Shown: one piece after another, positions 28,600 to 37,664 of the stretch
Layout of the letters: every line of letters starts with the position of its first letter
How positions within the stretch are numbered: the first letter of the stretch is position 1
Source of the DNA: a virus
Lineage: Duplodnaviria; Caudoviricetes
DNA: 64,000 nt
Virus record (IMG/VR): IMGVR_UViG_3300025889_000071
Strand: one strand, 5' to 3'
The notes under the pieces: generated by a model
The model's database searches: none
Seen by the model: only the letters and a program-made list of their open reading frames with translations
What the model was told of the DNA's origin: nothing
Translations under genes and position numbers: made by a program

Positions 28600-28765
28600 C
28601 TTGTTCGTAACTTTAATGTTACGAATTACAACAAACAGAAGATGCCTCAAGTACTCGCATCAGTTTTGTTGACCGGACCACAGTAGTGTGGTATACTAAA
28701 TCTGCGATCGGGAAGTCGAGTCCGATCCATCATCTGCGGGTAACCATTCCGCAAGTAAATTTAAC
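28600..28765 (+). ncRNA. structured leader, likely manA RNA motif
   Basis: Hairpins TTCGTAAC/GTTACGAA, GATGC/GCATC, ACCACA/TGTGGT, GATCGG/CCGATC, TGCGG/CCGCA; tRNA-adjacent; resembles recalled manA core AAGTCGAGTC..CATCTGCGGGTAACCATTCCGCAAGTAA. Confidence 0.6.
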
Positions 28766-28777
28766 GAGGTATCTAAA

Positions 28778-29149
28778 ATGATCAAATCTGTATTCGCAGC
28801 AACTGCTGCTCTCTCCATGTCCGCTGGTGCTGCTTTTGCAGGTCCCTACGTGAATGTGGAAACCAATGCTGGTTGGGTTGGAGATGACTACTCCGGAGCC
28901 GTCACCGATCTGCACGTAGGTTATGAAGCTGGTCTTGGTGATTCTGCTGCATGGTATATTCAAGGTGGCCCTTCGATCGTCTCCCCTGACGGTGCAGAGT
29001 CTTCCACCGAATTCTCTGGTAAAGTCGGAGTTTCTGCTGGTCTGACCGATCAACTGTCTGCTTATGGTGAACTCTCTGCTGCTACTACTGATCAAGAGTT
29101 CGAAGATCTGAACGTTGGTGGTAAACTGGGTCTGAAGTACGCTTTCTGA
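28778..29149 (+). CDS. small outer-membrane beta-barrel-like protein
   Basis: Signal peptide to AFA, alternating beta pattern, C-terminal LGLKYAF. Confidence 0.7.
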   Translation: MIKSVFAATAALSMSAGAAFAGPYVNVETNAGWVGDDYSGAVTDLHVGYEAGLGDSAAWYIQGGPSIVSPDGAESSTEFSGKVGVSAGLTDQLSAYGELSAATTDQEFEDLNVGGKLGLKYAF

Positions 29150-29173
29150 TTTTCAGAATAAGTGCTATAATAT

Positions 29174-29198
29174 GAGGGTCTTCGGGCCCTCTTTTTTT
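29174..29198 (+). terminator. rho-independent terminator
   Basis: GAGGGTC-TTCG-GGCCCTC plus T7. Confidence 0.8.
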
Positions 29199-29381
29199 AT
29201 GAAAAAAATTTTACTATCTCCAGTCACTCACTTCAATCTTTTGATTGTAGGAACTTTAATCCTTATAGGTGTAATGCATAATCGGGCACATCATAAAATG
29301 GAAGTGGATGTTGATGGATATGCAAGACAGTTTTGTAAAAAGAATGTGGAAAAATGTAAATCTTTTATTGGTGAATATTAA
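29199..29381 (+). CDS. small membrane protein
   Basis: MKKILLSPVTHFNLLIVG. Confidence 0.55.
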   Translation: MKKILLSPVTHFNLLIVGTLILIGVMHNRAHHKMEVDVDGYARQFCKKNVEKCKSFIGEY

Positions 29382-29599
29382 TGACCGTTCCTTTTTATAT
29401 TGATATTGAGTATCAAAAGGTAGAAGTTCCTCAAGAAATTTTATCTTATTGCGATGCATTTACTACGGATGCCACTCGTGAGGAACTTCGATATCTTGAT
29501 TGTGTTTATATGAATATGGGCCTTTATGGAAATGATCCTGAACAAATGAAAGAGATGAGGAGACGTTATAACTATAATGTGCGACCTGTTTTTGATTGA
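29381..29599 (+). CDS. conserved hypothetical protein
   Basis: 72 aa. Confidence 0.6.
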   Translation: MTVPFYIDIEYQKVEVPQEILSYCDAFTTDATREELRYLDCVYMNMGLYGNDPEQMKEMRRRYNYNVRPVFD

Positions 29600-29793
29600 T
29601 GAAAAAGAAACTTAAAAGGACAATCAAAGAATTTTTCAAACCATCTGAAAAACTAAATCATGAAAGTCTATATGAAATGATTGAAAATCTTCAATATAGG
29701 ATTAGTGATATGGAAAGTGAACACATGATTATGATGTGTGAACTTCGAAAATTATATACTTTGGTCGGCAAGGAGCACACAAATGAAAATTAA
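29596..29793 (+). CDS. hypothetical protein
   Basis: 65 aa. Confidence 0.5.
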   Translation: MMKKKLKRTIKEFFKPSEKLNHESLYEMIENLQYRISDMESEHMIMMCELRKLYTLVGKEHTNEN

Positions 29794-29953
29794 TTTGTGG
29801 TACTCTAAAAGTATGAAGCAGTGGAGATGGACTCTCTGCGAAGAAACTAAAAAAGGTGCGGTATCAGAGTGTCATTCTGGCCAACAACCACTTTTAAGAG
29901 ATGCGATGGATGATGTTGCTAATACTGTTGAATACATTATTAAATCAAAATAA
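29783..29953 (+). CDS. conserved hypothetical protein
   Basis: MKINLWYSKSMKQWRWTL; AGGAG RBS. Confidence 0.6.
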   Translation: MKINLWYSKSMKQWRWTLCEETKKGAVSECHSGQQPLLRDAMDDVANTVEYIIKSK

Positions 29954-29970
29954 ATTTTATATTTTTATTC

Positions 29971-30924
29971 ATGGAAATTCCAATTTTTAATAAATCTGGC
30001 AATCAGGTAAATTCTATTCATATCTCTGACACTATTGAATATATTGATGGTAGAGTATGTAAGGGAGAAAAAAATTATTATAAGGGTATAGGGGTGCCTT
30101 ATTCTATGCATTATATACATCCAGATGATATGAATGATGAGTATGAGTATATTGATCGTCACTCTGTATTCTATATGGGCAATATAGTATCAAAAAAATG
30201 TTTTAAAGATAAATTTGGAATATTTCAAGAAAGATATCAACCTCATTTTACTGATTGGTTGGGTGCATGTGGGATTAAAGAATTGAATATTTTTGAGAAT
30301 CTTTATGATGAAGGTGGTTTTGAAATGAATTCTATTGAAATTTTAGATAGAGAAGTTATAGATAAAGATAATGAACAATATTATCTCAAAGTAAATTATC
30401 TAGATGGTAGGGGAAATTATTTAAGTAATCCACAACCAAAAAACTTAAGGATATTGCTTGATTATATGATTCAAAGTGATTGGAATTTTCCATGGGATAA
30501 AAATTCAATAACAGATATTTCAACAAAATCCAAAGTGTCTGATGTTGCAGACATTTTTAAATCAAAAGAATTGAAACATAAAATAGGTAGCATTTATTCT
30601 GTTCTCTATAGTTTGTATCATTCTGACAAGAAAGAATATCATAAATTCTGTGATGTGAATGGATTGCAACATGTGAATCAAATGAGCTTTGTTTTCAATA
30701 CAATATCATTATTGGTTTTTAATAAAGTTGACATTTCAGAAATTACTTTCAAAAATCCTGTGGAATCATATAAGCACATTGTTTTGAATTATTTGATTGA
30801 CGGCAAAAATTGTGGATTTTGTGGAGTTGGTAGTTGTAAAGGTAGGAAAGATAGTAATCAATCTTATGGAGAAGAGATTAGAGATGAATATGTTAGAATG
30901 ACAAGACAGCAATTGAAAGTATAA
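29971..30924 (+). CDS. AT-rich hypothetical protein
   Basis: 317-aa ORF, C-terminal CGFCGVGSC. Confidence 0.65.
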   Translation: MEIPIFNKSGNQVNSIHISDTIEYIDGRVCKGEKNYYKGIGVPYSMHYIHPDDMNDEYEYIDRHSVFYMGNIVSKKCFKDKFGIFQERYQPHFTDWLGACGIKELNIFENLYDEGGFEMNSIEILDREVIDKDNEQYYLKVNYLDGRGNYLSNPQPKNLRILLDYMIQSDWNFPWDKNSITDISTKSKVSDVADIFKSKELKHKIGSIYSVLYSLYHSDKKEYHKFCDVNGLQHVNQMSFVFNTISLLVFNKVDISEITFKNPVESYKHIVLNYLIDGKNCGFCGVGSCKGRKDSNQSYGEEIRDEYVRMTRQQLKV

Positions 30925-30959
30925 ATAAATTTAAAATTGAAGAAGTTCAGAACAATACA

Positions 30960-31217
30960 ATGGAAAATATAAAAATTAGATGTCGCTCCTGTGGTAGGGA
31001 GTTGGAGGGACATCAGAATAAGACGGTTTCTTGTGGATGTCCAAACATGGCAACTATTCGTGGTGATAGAGTTTCAGCAGTTGACTTATCTGAAGTTGTT
31101 ATGCTAAACTCTTATCAATCCCAAAATAAAAAGGGAGTTCTGTCACAACAAGATATTCAGTGGCAGGAGCAAAGACGACAACGTAAAGTTCGTAAATTGG
31201 ACTTTGAGGTTCGTTGA
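30960..31217 (+). CDS. conserved zinc-ribbon-like hypothetical protein
   Basis: CRSC..CGC motif; TATAAATA at 30921. Confidence 0.7.
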   Translation: MENIKIRCRSCGRELEGHQNKTVSCGCPNMATIRGDRVSAVDLSEVVMLNSYQSQNKKGVLSQQDIQWQEQRRQRKVRKLDFEVR

Positions 31218-31220
31218 ATT

Positions 31221-31303
31221 GGAGAGAGTCCGGTTGGTCGAGGACACCGCCTTGAAAGCGGCTGGGGGTAACACCTTCGCAGGTTCGATTCCTGTTCTCT
31301 CCG
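31221..31303 (+). tRNA. tRNA-Ser(TGA)
   Basis: Acceptor GGAGAGA/TCTCTCC, loop CTTGAAA, long variable arm. Confidence 0.9.
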
Positions 31304-31306
31304 TTT

Positions 31307-31380
31307 CGGGCATTAGCGCAGTTTGGTAGCGCGTTCCGTTTGGGGCGGAAAGGTCATAGGTTCAAATCCTATATGCCCGA
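31307..31380 (+). tRNA. tRNA-Pro(TGG)
   Basis: TTCCG-TTTGGGG-CGGAA arm; acceptor CGGGCAT/ATGCCCG. Confidence 0.92.
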
Positions 31381-31407
31381 TTAGTAAATTTACTAAACTA
31401 AAAATCA

Positions 31408-32052
31408 ATGAAAATTTTTCTGGACACAGCTGACACTGAAGTTATTCGCAAGCATTTTTCAACTGGTCTTATTGACGGAATTACAACTAATCCAACACTC
31501 ATTATGAAGAGTGGTAGAAATCCAGAAGATGTCTATCAAGAATTGAAAGACATGGGAATTAAAGACATTAGTATGGAGGTTATGGGAAGTGCTGATGAAA
31601 TGTATGAAGAAGGATTTCGTCTTGCTGAAAAGTTTGGTGAAGTAGCAACAATTAAAGTTCCTTGCACTCCCGAAGGACTGATTGCTTGTAGAAAACTTTC
31701 TCTCAAAGGAATCAAAACTAACGTAACTTTGATTTTTAGTATCGCACAAGCGGTGTTAGCATCAAAAGCTGGTGCTACTTATGTGTCTCCTTTTGTGGGT
31801 AGACTTGATGATCAATCTGTTGCTGGTCTTGAAGTAGTCCGTGGCATTTCTGATATGTATCGTATTCAAGGACGCCGTACACAGGTTCTTTCAGCATCTA
31901 TTCGTAGTGTTCACCGTGCTGTTCGTTCTTGGTATAATGGTGCTTCTATTGTTACCATGCCACCAAAAGTTTTTGAACAGATGTATAATCATATTTTAAC
32001 AGATAAGGGAATGGAAATTTTTGATCATGATGCGTCCATGATTAAGAATTGA
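31408..32052 (+). CDS. talC: transaldolase (TalC type)
   Basis: MKIFLDTAD, GITTNPT, IKVP, YVSPFVGRLDD. Confidence 0.96.
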   Translation: MKIFLDTADTEVIRKHFSTGLIDGITTNPTLIMKSGRNPEDVYQELKDMGIKDISMEVMGSADEMYEEGFRLAEKFGEVATIKVPCTPEGLIACRKLSLKGIKTNVTLIFSIAQAVLASKAGATYVSPFVGRLDDQSVAGLEVVRGISDMYRIQGRRTQVLSASIRSVHRAVRSWYNGASIVTMPPKVFEQMYNHILTDKGMEIFDHDASMIKN

Positions 32053-32145
32053 TAAGTAATTGTGTGTTGATACTAAAACACAATTGAAATTCTTAAAATC
32101 CTGATTATAATAAGTAGTGATAAGACTCACTACGGAGAACTAAAA

Positions 32146-32298
32146 ATGGATCAACACACCTATGATAATTGGGTGAAAGTAAAAGAAACATTTGAAGCAT
32201 CGGGAAATACTAATAACTTCTTCTACAAAAGAGCTCTTCAAATTGTTGCTACAGGAAAAGATCCACTAAAAGATTATCTAGAGTGTAAACAAACATAA
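32146..32298 (+). CDS. conserved small hypothetical protein
   Basis: MDQHTYDNWVKVKETFEASG; GGAG RBS. Confidence 0.6.
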   Translation: MDQHTYDNWVKVKETFEASGNTNNFFYKRALQIVATGKDPLKDYLECKQT

Positions 32299-32350
32299 AT
32301 TGACATTTACTTTTGTTTATGGGATAATTAATATGCGTAAAAAATAATTT

Positions 32351-32524
32351 ATGGACATTTTTACGGTACATGAGTGGGAAAAAAATTTTGATGAACTCTT
32401 TGCGAGAGTTGAAAATGGTGAGACTATAGGAATAATTAATGATAAAGGAGAGGCAGCTATAATGGCACCAGCAGATGACTTTCCTTTTCATCTATATACA
32501 GAGAACAATAATGAAGCCCCTTGA
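32351..32524 (+). CDS. Phd/YefM antitoxin-like small protein
   Basis: IFTVHEWEKNFDELFARVENGETIGI pattern. Confidence 0.5.
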   Translation: MDIFTVHEWEKNFDELFARVENGETIGIINDKGEAAIMAPADDFPFHLYTENNNEAP

Positions 32525-32572
32525 CAAGTTGCTCCATTATCGTCTATACTAACATCAATAACACTCACAACA

Positions 32573-32788
32573 ATGGCACTGACTGAAAAATTTAAGACCA
32601 AAGATATCAGCGTTTTACGTGCTGCATCTAATGGAGATTTTTTTCTTGACGTAAAGAATCCAAAACTTTACAAAAAAGTCCGTCGATATTATGAATCTGA
32701 AGGAGTAGTATTCTCTGGAGATCCTCTCGATGATTATGAGATCCTCATGGAATACATCTATCAAGATCTGCTTGTTGAGGTTGCCTGA
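32573..32788 (+). CDS. conserved cyanophage hypothetical protein
   Basis: 71 aa; TTGACA..TATACT promoter upstream. Confidence 0.7.
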   Translation: MALTEKFKTKDISVLRAASNGDFFLDVKNPKLYKKVRRYYESEGVVFSGDPLDDYEILMEYIYQDLLVEVA

Positions 32789-33033
32789 TGAAAATCATTC
32801 TGGAACGTTTTCCATATCGATATATTGAATGTGGAATTTTAGAAAATGGATTTCCAGACTACAGAATTCAAAAAGCAGATTCTTGGACTAAACGATATCA
32901 TGATATGTATCTTTTAGATAATCAAATGCAACTTCTGACAGCAATGGAAGATTTTGATTATACTCTCTGGTTAGATGGACAACCATGTTACAGAGAAATA
33001 AGGGGTGATAGAGTAGTATCTCGGTATAAATAA
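32788..33033 (+). CDS. conserved cyanophage hypothetical protein
   Basis: LERFPYRYIECG.LENGFPDYRIQK. Confidence 0.7.
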   Translation: MKIILERFPYRYIECGILENGFPDYRIQKADSWTKRYHDMYLLDNQMQLLTAMEDFDYTLWLDGQPCYREIRGDRVVSRYK

Positions 33034-33052
33034 CCAGAGATACTCCAATAAA

Positions 33053-33505
33053 ATGCCATATAAAAACAAAGAAGATGCTGCGGCTCAAAAGAGACGATGG
33101 AGATTGGTTAATCCTGAAAAAGTAGCTGAAACTCAACGAAGATATAGGGAAAACAACCCATACAAATATGCTGATAAAAGAACAAAAGAACAGCATAAAA
33201 TAAAAAATAATCTTCAAAGAGAATCTAGAAGAAAGTTTTTATATGAGCAAAAAGGAGAAAAATGTTGTCAGTGTGGTTCAACTGAAAATCTTGAGTTTGA
33301 CCATATCAATCCCTCTTTAAAGACATCTAGACAGTCATTTCTTTCAATGGGGCTTGAAACTATTAAAGAACAACTTGATAATATTCAAGTTCTTTGTCAT
33401 GATTGTCACAAGAGTAGAAGTACATTTCAAAAAAATGCTGCTTGGAAACTCTTCACTTCTCTTCCCCTTGAAGAACAGGAAAGACTTATATCGGAGCAGA
33501 TATAG
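33053..33505 (+). mobile_element. HNH homing endonuclease
   Basis: CCQCGSTENLEFDHINP..QVLCHDCH; late promoter in upstream hairpin. Confidence 0.82.
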
Positions 33506-33545
33506 ATTCTTGAATAAATAATAAAGGATTTCAATTATTAATAAT

Positions 33546-33749
33546 ATGGCAACAAGAGGAACAGCAGCAAAATCTGCAAGTGGTGCAGCAATGTCAAAGT
33601 ATGATGTAGAAGTTGAAGCAAGACTTAAAGCACTTGAGTCTAAAGCACATACACCTTGTGGTAGTGGTGGAGATTCTGAAAGAATTGCGGCACTTGAAGC
33701 AAAGGTTGATGATTTAATTTTTAAACTTTCTAAAAAAATGTCTCTCTGA
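33546..33749 (+). CDS. conserved small coiled-coil protein
   Basis: MATRGTAAKSASGAAMSKYD. Confidence 0.65.
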   Translation: MATRGTAAKSASGAAMSKYDVEVEARLKALESKAHTPCGSGGDSERIAALEAKVDDLIFKLSKKMSL

Positions 33750-33809
33750 TATTTGATGGGTTGCAATACCCATCTTTTTTTGTATAATATATTATAAATC
33801 ATTGTTAAA

Positions 33810-34319
33810 ATGAAAATAGGATTTAATTGTAGTTCATTTGATTTGTTTCATGCTGGTCATGTGACAATGTTAAAGATGGAAAAGCGAATATGTGATTACT
33901 TAATCGTTGCACTTCAGGTTGATCCTACAGTAGATAGGCCTGGGATTAAAAATAAACCCATACAATCTGTATATGAACGGTATGTTCAATTGCAGAGTTG
34001 TAAATATGTCGATGAAATTCTTGTGTATGAAACGGAAGAAGACTTATTGAATCTCATTCAAACACAAAATATAGATGTTAGATTCCTTAGTGAAGAATAT
34101 AAGGATAGGGATTTCACTGGGAAGCAATATTGTATTGACAATGGCATAGAAATTCATTATCATTTGAGGAGGCACAAGTATGCTTCTTCTGAACTTCGTA
34201 ATCGAGTTTATTTTCTTGAAAAGAAAAAAAGAGAACAAACTGTACAAGGAGCAGAGACAAATATTGATGAGTTGGAACAATACTCTCCTAAACTTTTGGA
34301 AAAATATAATCAAAAATGA
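33810..34319 (+). CDS. TagD-like cytidylyltransferase
   Basis: SFDLFHAGHV, YVDEI. Confidence 0.85.
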   Translation: MKIGFNCSSFDLFHAGHVTMLKMEKRICDYLIVALQVDPTVDRPGIKNKPIQSVYERYVQLQSCKYVDEILVYETEEDLLNLIQTQNIDVRFLSEEYKDRDFTGKQYCIDNGIEIHYHLRRHKYASSELRNRVYFLEKKKREQTVQGAETNIDELEQYSPKLLEKYNQK

Positions 34320-35242
34320 CAATTTTAGTTACAGGTGGTGCAGGATTTATTGGAAGTAATTTTCTTCATCATATAATTGAAAATACTGATGATGAAATTA
34401 TTTGCATTGATAAACTTACATATGCTGCAAATACTAACAATCTCCCTAAAAATATATCTTTGTATCCATGTGACATTGCAGAAGATGGATGGTATGATAA
34501 TGTCTTCACTAAACATGATGTCAAAACAATTTTTCATTTTGCAGCCGAAAGTCATGTAGATAATTCTATTGAAGATTGTTCAGAATTCATCAAGACAAAT
34601 ATCACTGGAACTGTAAATCTATTGAATGCATCTTTGAAGTACGATGTAGAAAAATTTATTCATGTCTCTACTGATGAGGTTTATGGTTCAATAGAAGAAG
34701 GTTCATTTACAGAACAATCTAATTACTCTCCTAAAAATCCATACTCTGCATCAAAAGCAGCAAGTGATCATTTTGTGATGGCATATCATAATACTTATGA
34801 TCTCCCTGCAATTATTACAAACTGTTCAAATAATTATGGCCCAAGACAATATAAAGAGAAATTAATTCCACAAACAATTTGTAATATTCTTGACAATAAA
34901 AAAATTCCAGTTTATGGTAATGGATTGCAAGTTCGTGATTGGTTGTATGTAAAGGATCATTGTGCAGCACTCACTCAAGTATGGAAGTATGGTGAAGTTG
35001 GTGAAAAATATAATATTGGTGGAGAGTGTGAGATTAGAAATATTGATCTTGTAAAGAAAATACTAAAGTATATGGGTAGAGACGAAAGTATGATAGAATA
35101 TGTCAAGGATAGGCCTGGTCATGACCGACGTTATTCCACTGACATTAAAAAGATCCAAAACCACATTGGATGGGAACCATTATATTCCCTTGACTATGGA
35201 CTTCAACAAACAATTGAATGGTATGAAAATCACAGAAACTAA
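34316..35242 (+). CDS. rfbB: dTDP-glucose 4,6-dehydratase
   Basis: GGAGFIG, DKLTYA, HVSTDEVYG, YSASK, DRPGHDRRY. Confidence 0.93.
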   Translation: MTILVTGGAGFIGSNFLHHIIENTDDEIICIDKLTYAANTNNLPKNISLYPCDIAEDGWYDNVFTKHDVKTIFHFAAESHVDNSIEDCSEFIKTNITGTVNLLNASLKYDVEKFIHVSTDEVYGSIEEGSFTEQSNYSPKNPYSASKAASDHFVMAYHNTYDLPAIITNCSNNYGPRQYKEKLIPQTICNILDNKKIPVYGNGLQVRDWLYVKDHCAALTQVWKYGEVGEKYNIGGECEIRNIDLVKKILKYMGRDESMIEYVKDRPGHDRRYSTDIKKIQNHIGWEPLYSLDYGLQQTIEWYENHRN

Positions 35243-35771
35243 TCTAAAAGATGCATTTGTAATCACCTCAAAAAAATATGAGGATGATAGAGGATTTTTT
35301 ATGGAGTCTTTTAATTCCAAAGAATTTAGAGAAAATGTAAGTAGAACAGAATTTTTTGTTCAAGATAATCATTCCAAATCTAGTAAAGGTGTATTGAGAG
35401 GACTGCATTATCAGATTGAACATCCTCAAGCAAAGTTGGTAAGATGCATTTCTGGTGTTGTGTATGATGTAATTGTAGATCTTCGTAAAACATCAGAAAC
35501 ATTTGGAAAATGGTTTGGAATTACACTTGATAGGCCTGAATTACAATTGTGGGTTCCGCCTGGATTTGCTCATGGTTTTTATGTAGTCAGTGATTTGGCA
35601 GAGATAGTATATAAAACTACTGATTATTATTACCCAGAACATGATAGAACTCTTTTATGGAATGATTCGGAACTGAATATTGATTGGGGATTTGAAGGAA
35701 ATCCAGTTCTTTCTCTAAAAGATTCGCAAGGAAAAACTTTTGAAGAGTGTGATAAGTACGAATATGAGTGA
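35223..35771 (+). CDS. rfbC: dTDP-4-dehydrorhamnose 3,5-epimerase
   Basis: DDRGFF, QDNHSKS, LRGLHYQ, GFAHGF. Confidence 0.93.
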   Translation: MKITETNLKDAFVITSKKYEDDRGFFMESFNSKEFRENVSRTEFFVQDNHSKSSKGVLRGLHYQIEHPQAKLVRCISGVVYDVIVDLRKTSETFGKWFGITLDRPELQLWVPPGFAHGFYVVSDLAEIVYKTTDYYYPEHDRTLLWNDSELNIDWGFEGNPVLSLKDSQGKTFEECDKYEYE

Positions 35772-36585
35772 TAAGATTTCCGTTTATGGTTCCACCGGTT
35801 TTATTGGTGGAACTTTTTGTCGTCTTTTTCCTGACCAAATTACACAAATACCTAGGAATGAGAGAGAACCTCAATCAAATAACATATTGTATTTGATCAG
35901 TACAACAACAAATCACAATGTCTTTGATAATCTTCAGATTGATGTTGATACTAATCTTAAAATCTTGCTGGAAACATTAGAAAAATGTAAAAACGAAAAT
36001 ATTGTATTTAATTATGTGAGCACTGGTTTTGTTTATGGTTTGAATATAAATGATGCATTAGAAACTGATCCTTGTGATCCCAGAGGATTTTATTCGATTA
36101 CAAAGAGAGCTGCAGAGCAATTGATTATTTCATTCTGTCAAACATTTAATGTCAAGTATCGAATCATTCGTCTTGCTAATTTGTATGGGGATGATAAGAC
36201 AGTATCACCAAAGAAAAATGTTCTTGGGTTTCTTATTAATTTGATGAAAGAGGATAAGACAATTACTCTTCATGATGGTGGCAGTCATATTCGGGATTAT
36301 ACTCACGCTGATGATGTGTGTAGGGGTATAAAACTTGTTATGGACAAGGGAGAGATGAACTCTATTTACAATGTAGCTAGTGGAGAATCAATGCCTTTTA
36401 GAAACATTATGGAAAAGGCAAGAGAACTATTGAATAGTAAAAGTCAATTTGTTTCTGTTGAAACTCCAGATTTTAACAAGGCAGTGTTACCATCAAATTT
36501 TTACATCAATACTAATAAATTAAAAACTTTGGGGTTTGTTCCCAGTATTTCTCTTGAGCAAGGATTGAAAAATCTCTGTTCTTGA
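35764..36585 (+). CDS. NAD-dependent epimerase/dehydratase (extended SDR)
   Basis: GSTGFIG, YSITK. Confidence 0.85.
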   Translation: MSDKISVYGSTGFIGGTFCRLFPDQITQIPRNEREPQSNNILYLISTTTNHNVFDNLQIDVDTNLKILLETLEKCKNENIVFNYVSTGFVYGLNINDALETDPCDPRGFYSITKRAAEQLIISFCQTFNVKYRIIRLANLYGDDKTVSPKKNVLGFLINLMKEDKTITLHDGGSHIRDYTHADDVCRGIKLVMDKGEMNSIYNVASGESMPFRNIMEKARELLNSKSQFVSVETPDFNKAVLPSNFYINTNKLKTLGFVPSISLEQGLKNLCS

Positions 36586-36617
36586 TGTATGATATATAAT
36601 AGGAGTTTTATTGAATT

Positions 36618-37664
36618 ATGAGTGAATATAAGAAAACAGCACTGGTGCTTGGTGCTGGTGGCTTTATTGGAAGTCATATGGTAAAGCGTCTTCGTTCAGA
36701 AGGATACTGGGTAAGAGGTGTAGATCTTAAACGACCAGAGTTTTCTGAAACTGAAGCAAATGAATTTATTCAAGGCGATCTTCGTGATGTAGATTTTGTT
36801 CGTCGATGTATTCGTTTCTCTGGATATCTTGGAAACTTTTATCAGCAGATTGCTGAAAAGTTTGTACTACCATTTGATGAGATCTATCAGTTCGCTGCTG
36901 ATATGGGTGGTGCAGGTTTTGTTTTCACTGGTGAGAACGATGCAGACATCATGCATAATTCTGTTACAATTAATCTCAATGTTCTTGATGAACAACGTAA
37001 GTTCAATGAGACAGTAGGAAATAGAACTAAAATATTTTATTCTGGATCAGCATGTATGTATCCAGAGCACAATCAATTAGACCCTGATAATCCCGATTGT
37101 CGTGAAGAATCTGCATATCCCGCTAACCCCGACTCTGAATATGGATGGGAAAAACTTTTCTCGGAACGTTTATACTTTGCTTATAATCGCAATTACGGGA
37201 TCCCTGTTAGAGTTGCTCGCTATCACAATATTTTTGGGCCCGAAGGAACCTGGGAAGGTGGAAGAGAAAAAGCACCAGCTGCAATCTGCCGTAAAGTCGC
37301 TTACCTCCCAGAGGAAGGTGGAGCAATCGAAGTGTGGGGAGATGGCCTACAAACTCGTTCCTTCTTGTTCGTTGACGAATGCATTGAAGCAACTCGAAGA
37401 CTGATGGACAGTGACTTCATGGGTCCTGTGAATATTGGTTCCGAAGAGATGGTTACTATCAATCAACTTGTAGAAACTGCTGCTAGGGTTGCTAATAAAG
37501 AAGTAAGAAAGGTACACAAACTGGATGCTCCTCTTGGTGTTCGTGGACGCAACTCTAACAACGATGTCATTCGTAGGGAACTTGATTGGGACTATTCTCA
37601 AACTCTTGAAGAGGGCATTGCCAAAACTTACAATTGGATTTTGGAGCAGATTGATAAAAAATGA
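36618..37664 (+). CDS. GDP-mannose 3,5-epimerase-like extended SDR
   Basis: GAGGFIG, AADMGG, SSAC-like SGSACMY, YGWEK. Confidence 0.85.
   Translation: MSEYKKTALVLGAGGFIGSHMVKRLRSEGYWVRGVDLKRPEFSETEANEFIQGDLRDVDFVRRCIRFSGYLGNFYQQIAEKFVLPFDEIYQFAADMGGAGFVFTGENDADIMHNSVTINLNVLDEQRKFNETVGNRTKIFYSGSACMYPEHNQLDPDNPDCREESAYPANPDSEYGWEKLFSERLYFAYNRNYGIPVRVARYHNIFGPEGTWEGGREKAPAAICRKVAYLPEEGGAIEVWGDGLQTRSFLFVDECIEATRRLMDSDFMGPVNIGSEEMVTINQLVETAARVANKEVRKVHKLDAPLGVRGRNSNNDVIRRELDWDYSQTLEEGIAKTYNWILEQIDKK

Noticed and set aside
28606-28623. NtcA-like sites at the manA hairpin and at 53851
   Set aside because: Spacing is N10 and N9, not the required GTA-N8-TAC
31408-32600. cp12 next to talC
   Set aside because: No AWDxVEEL or C-terminal Cys-pair CP12 motif found
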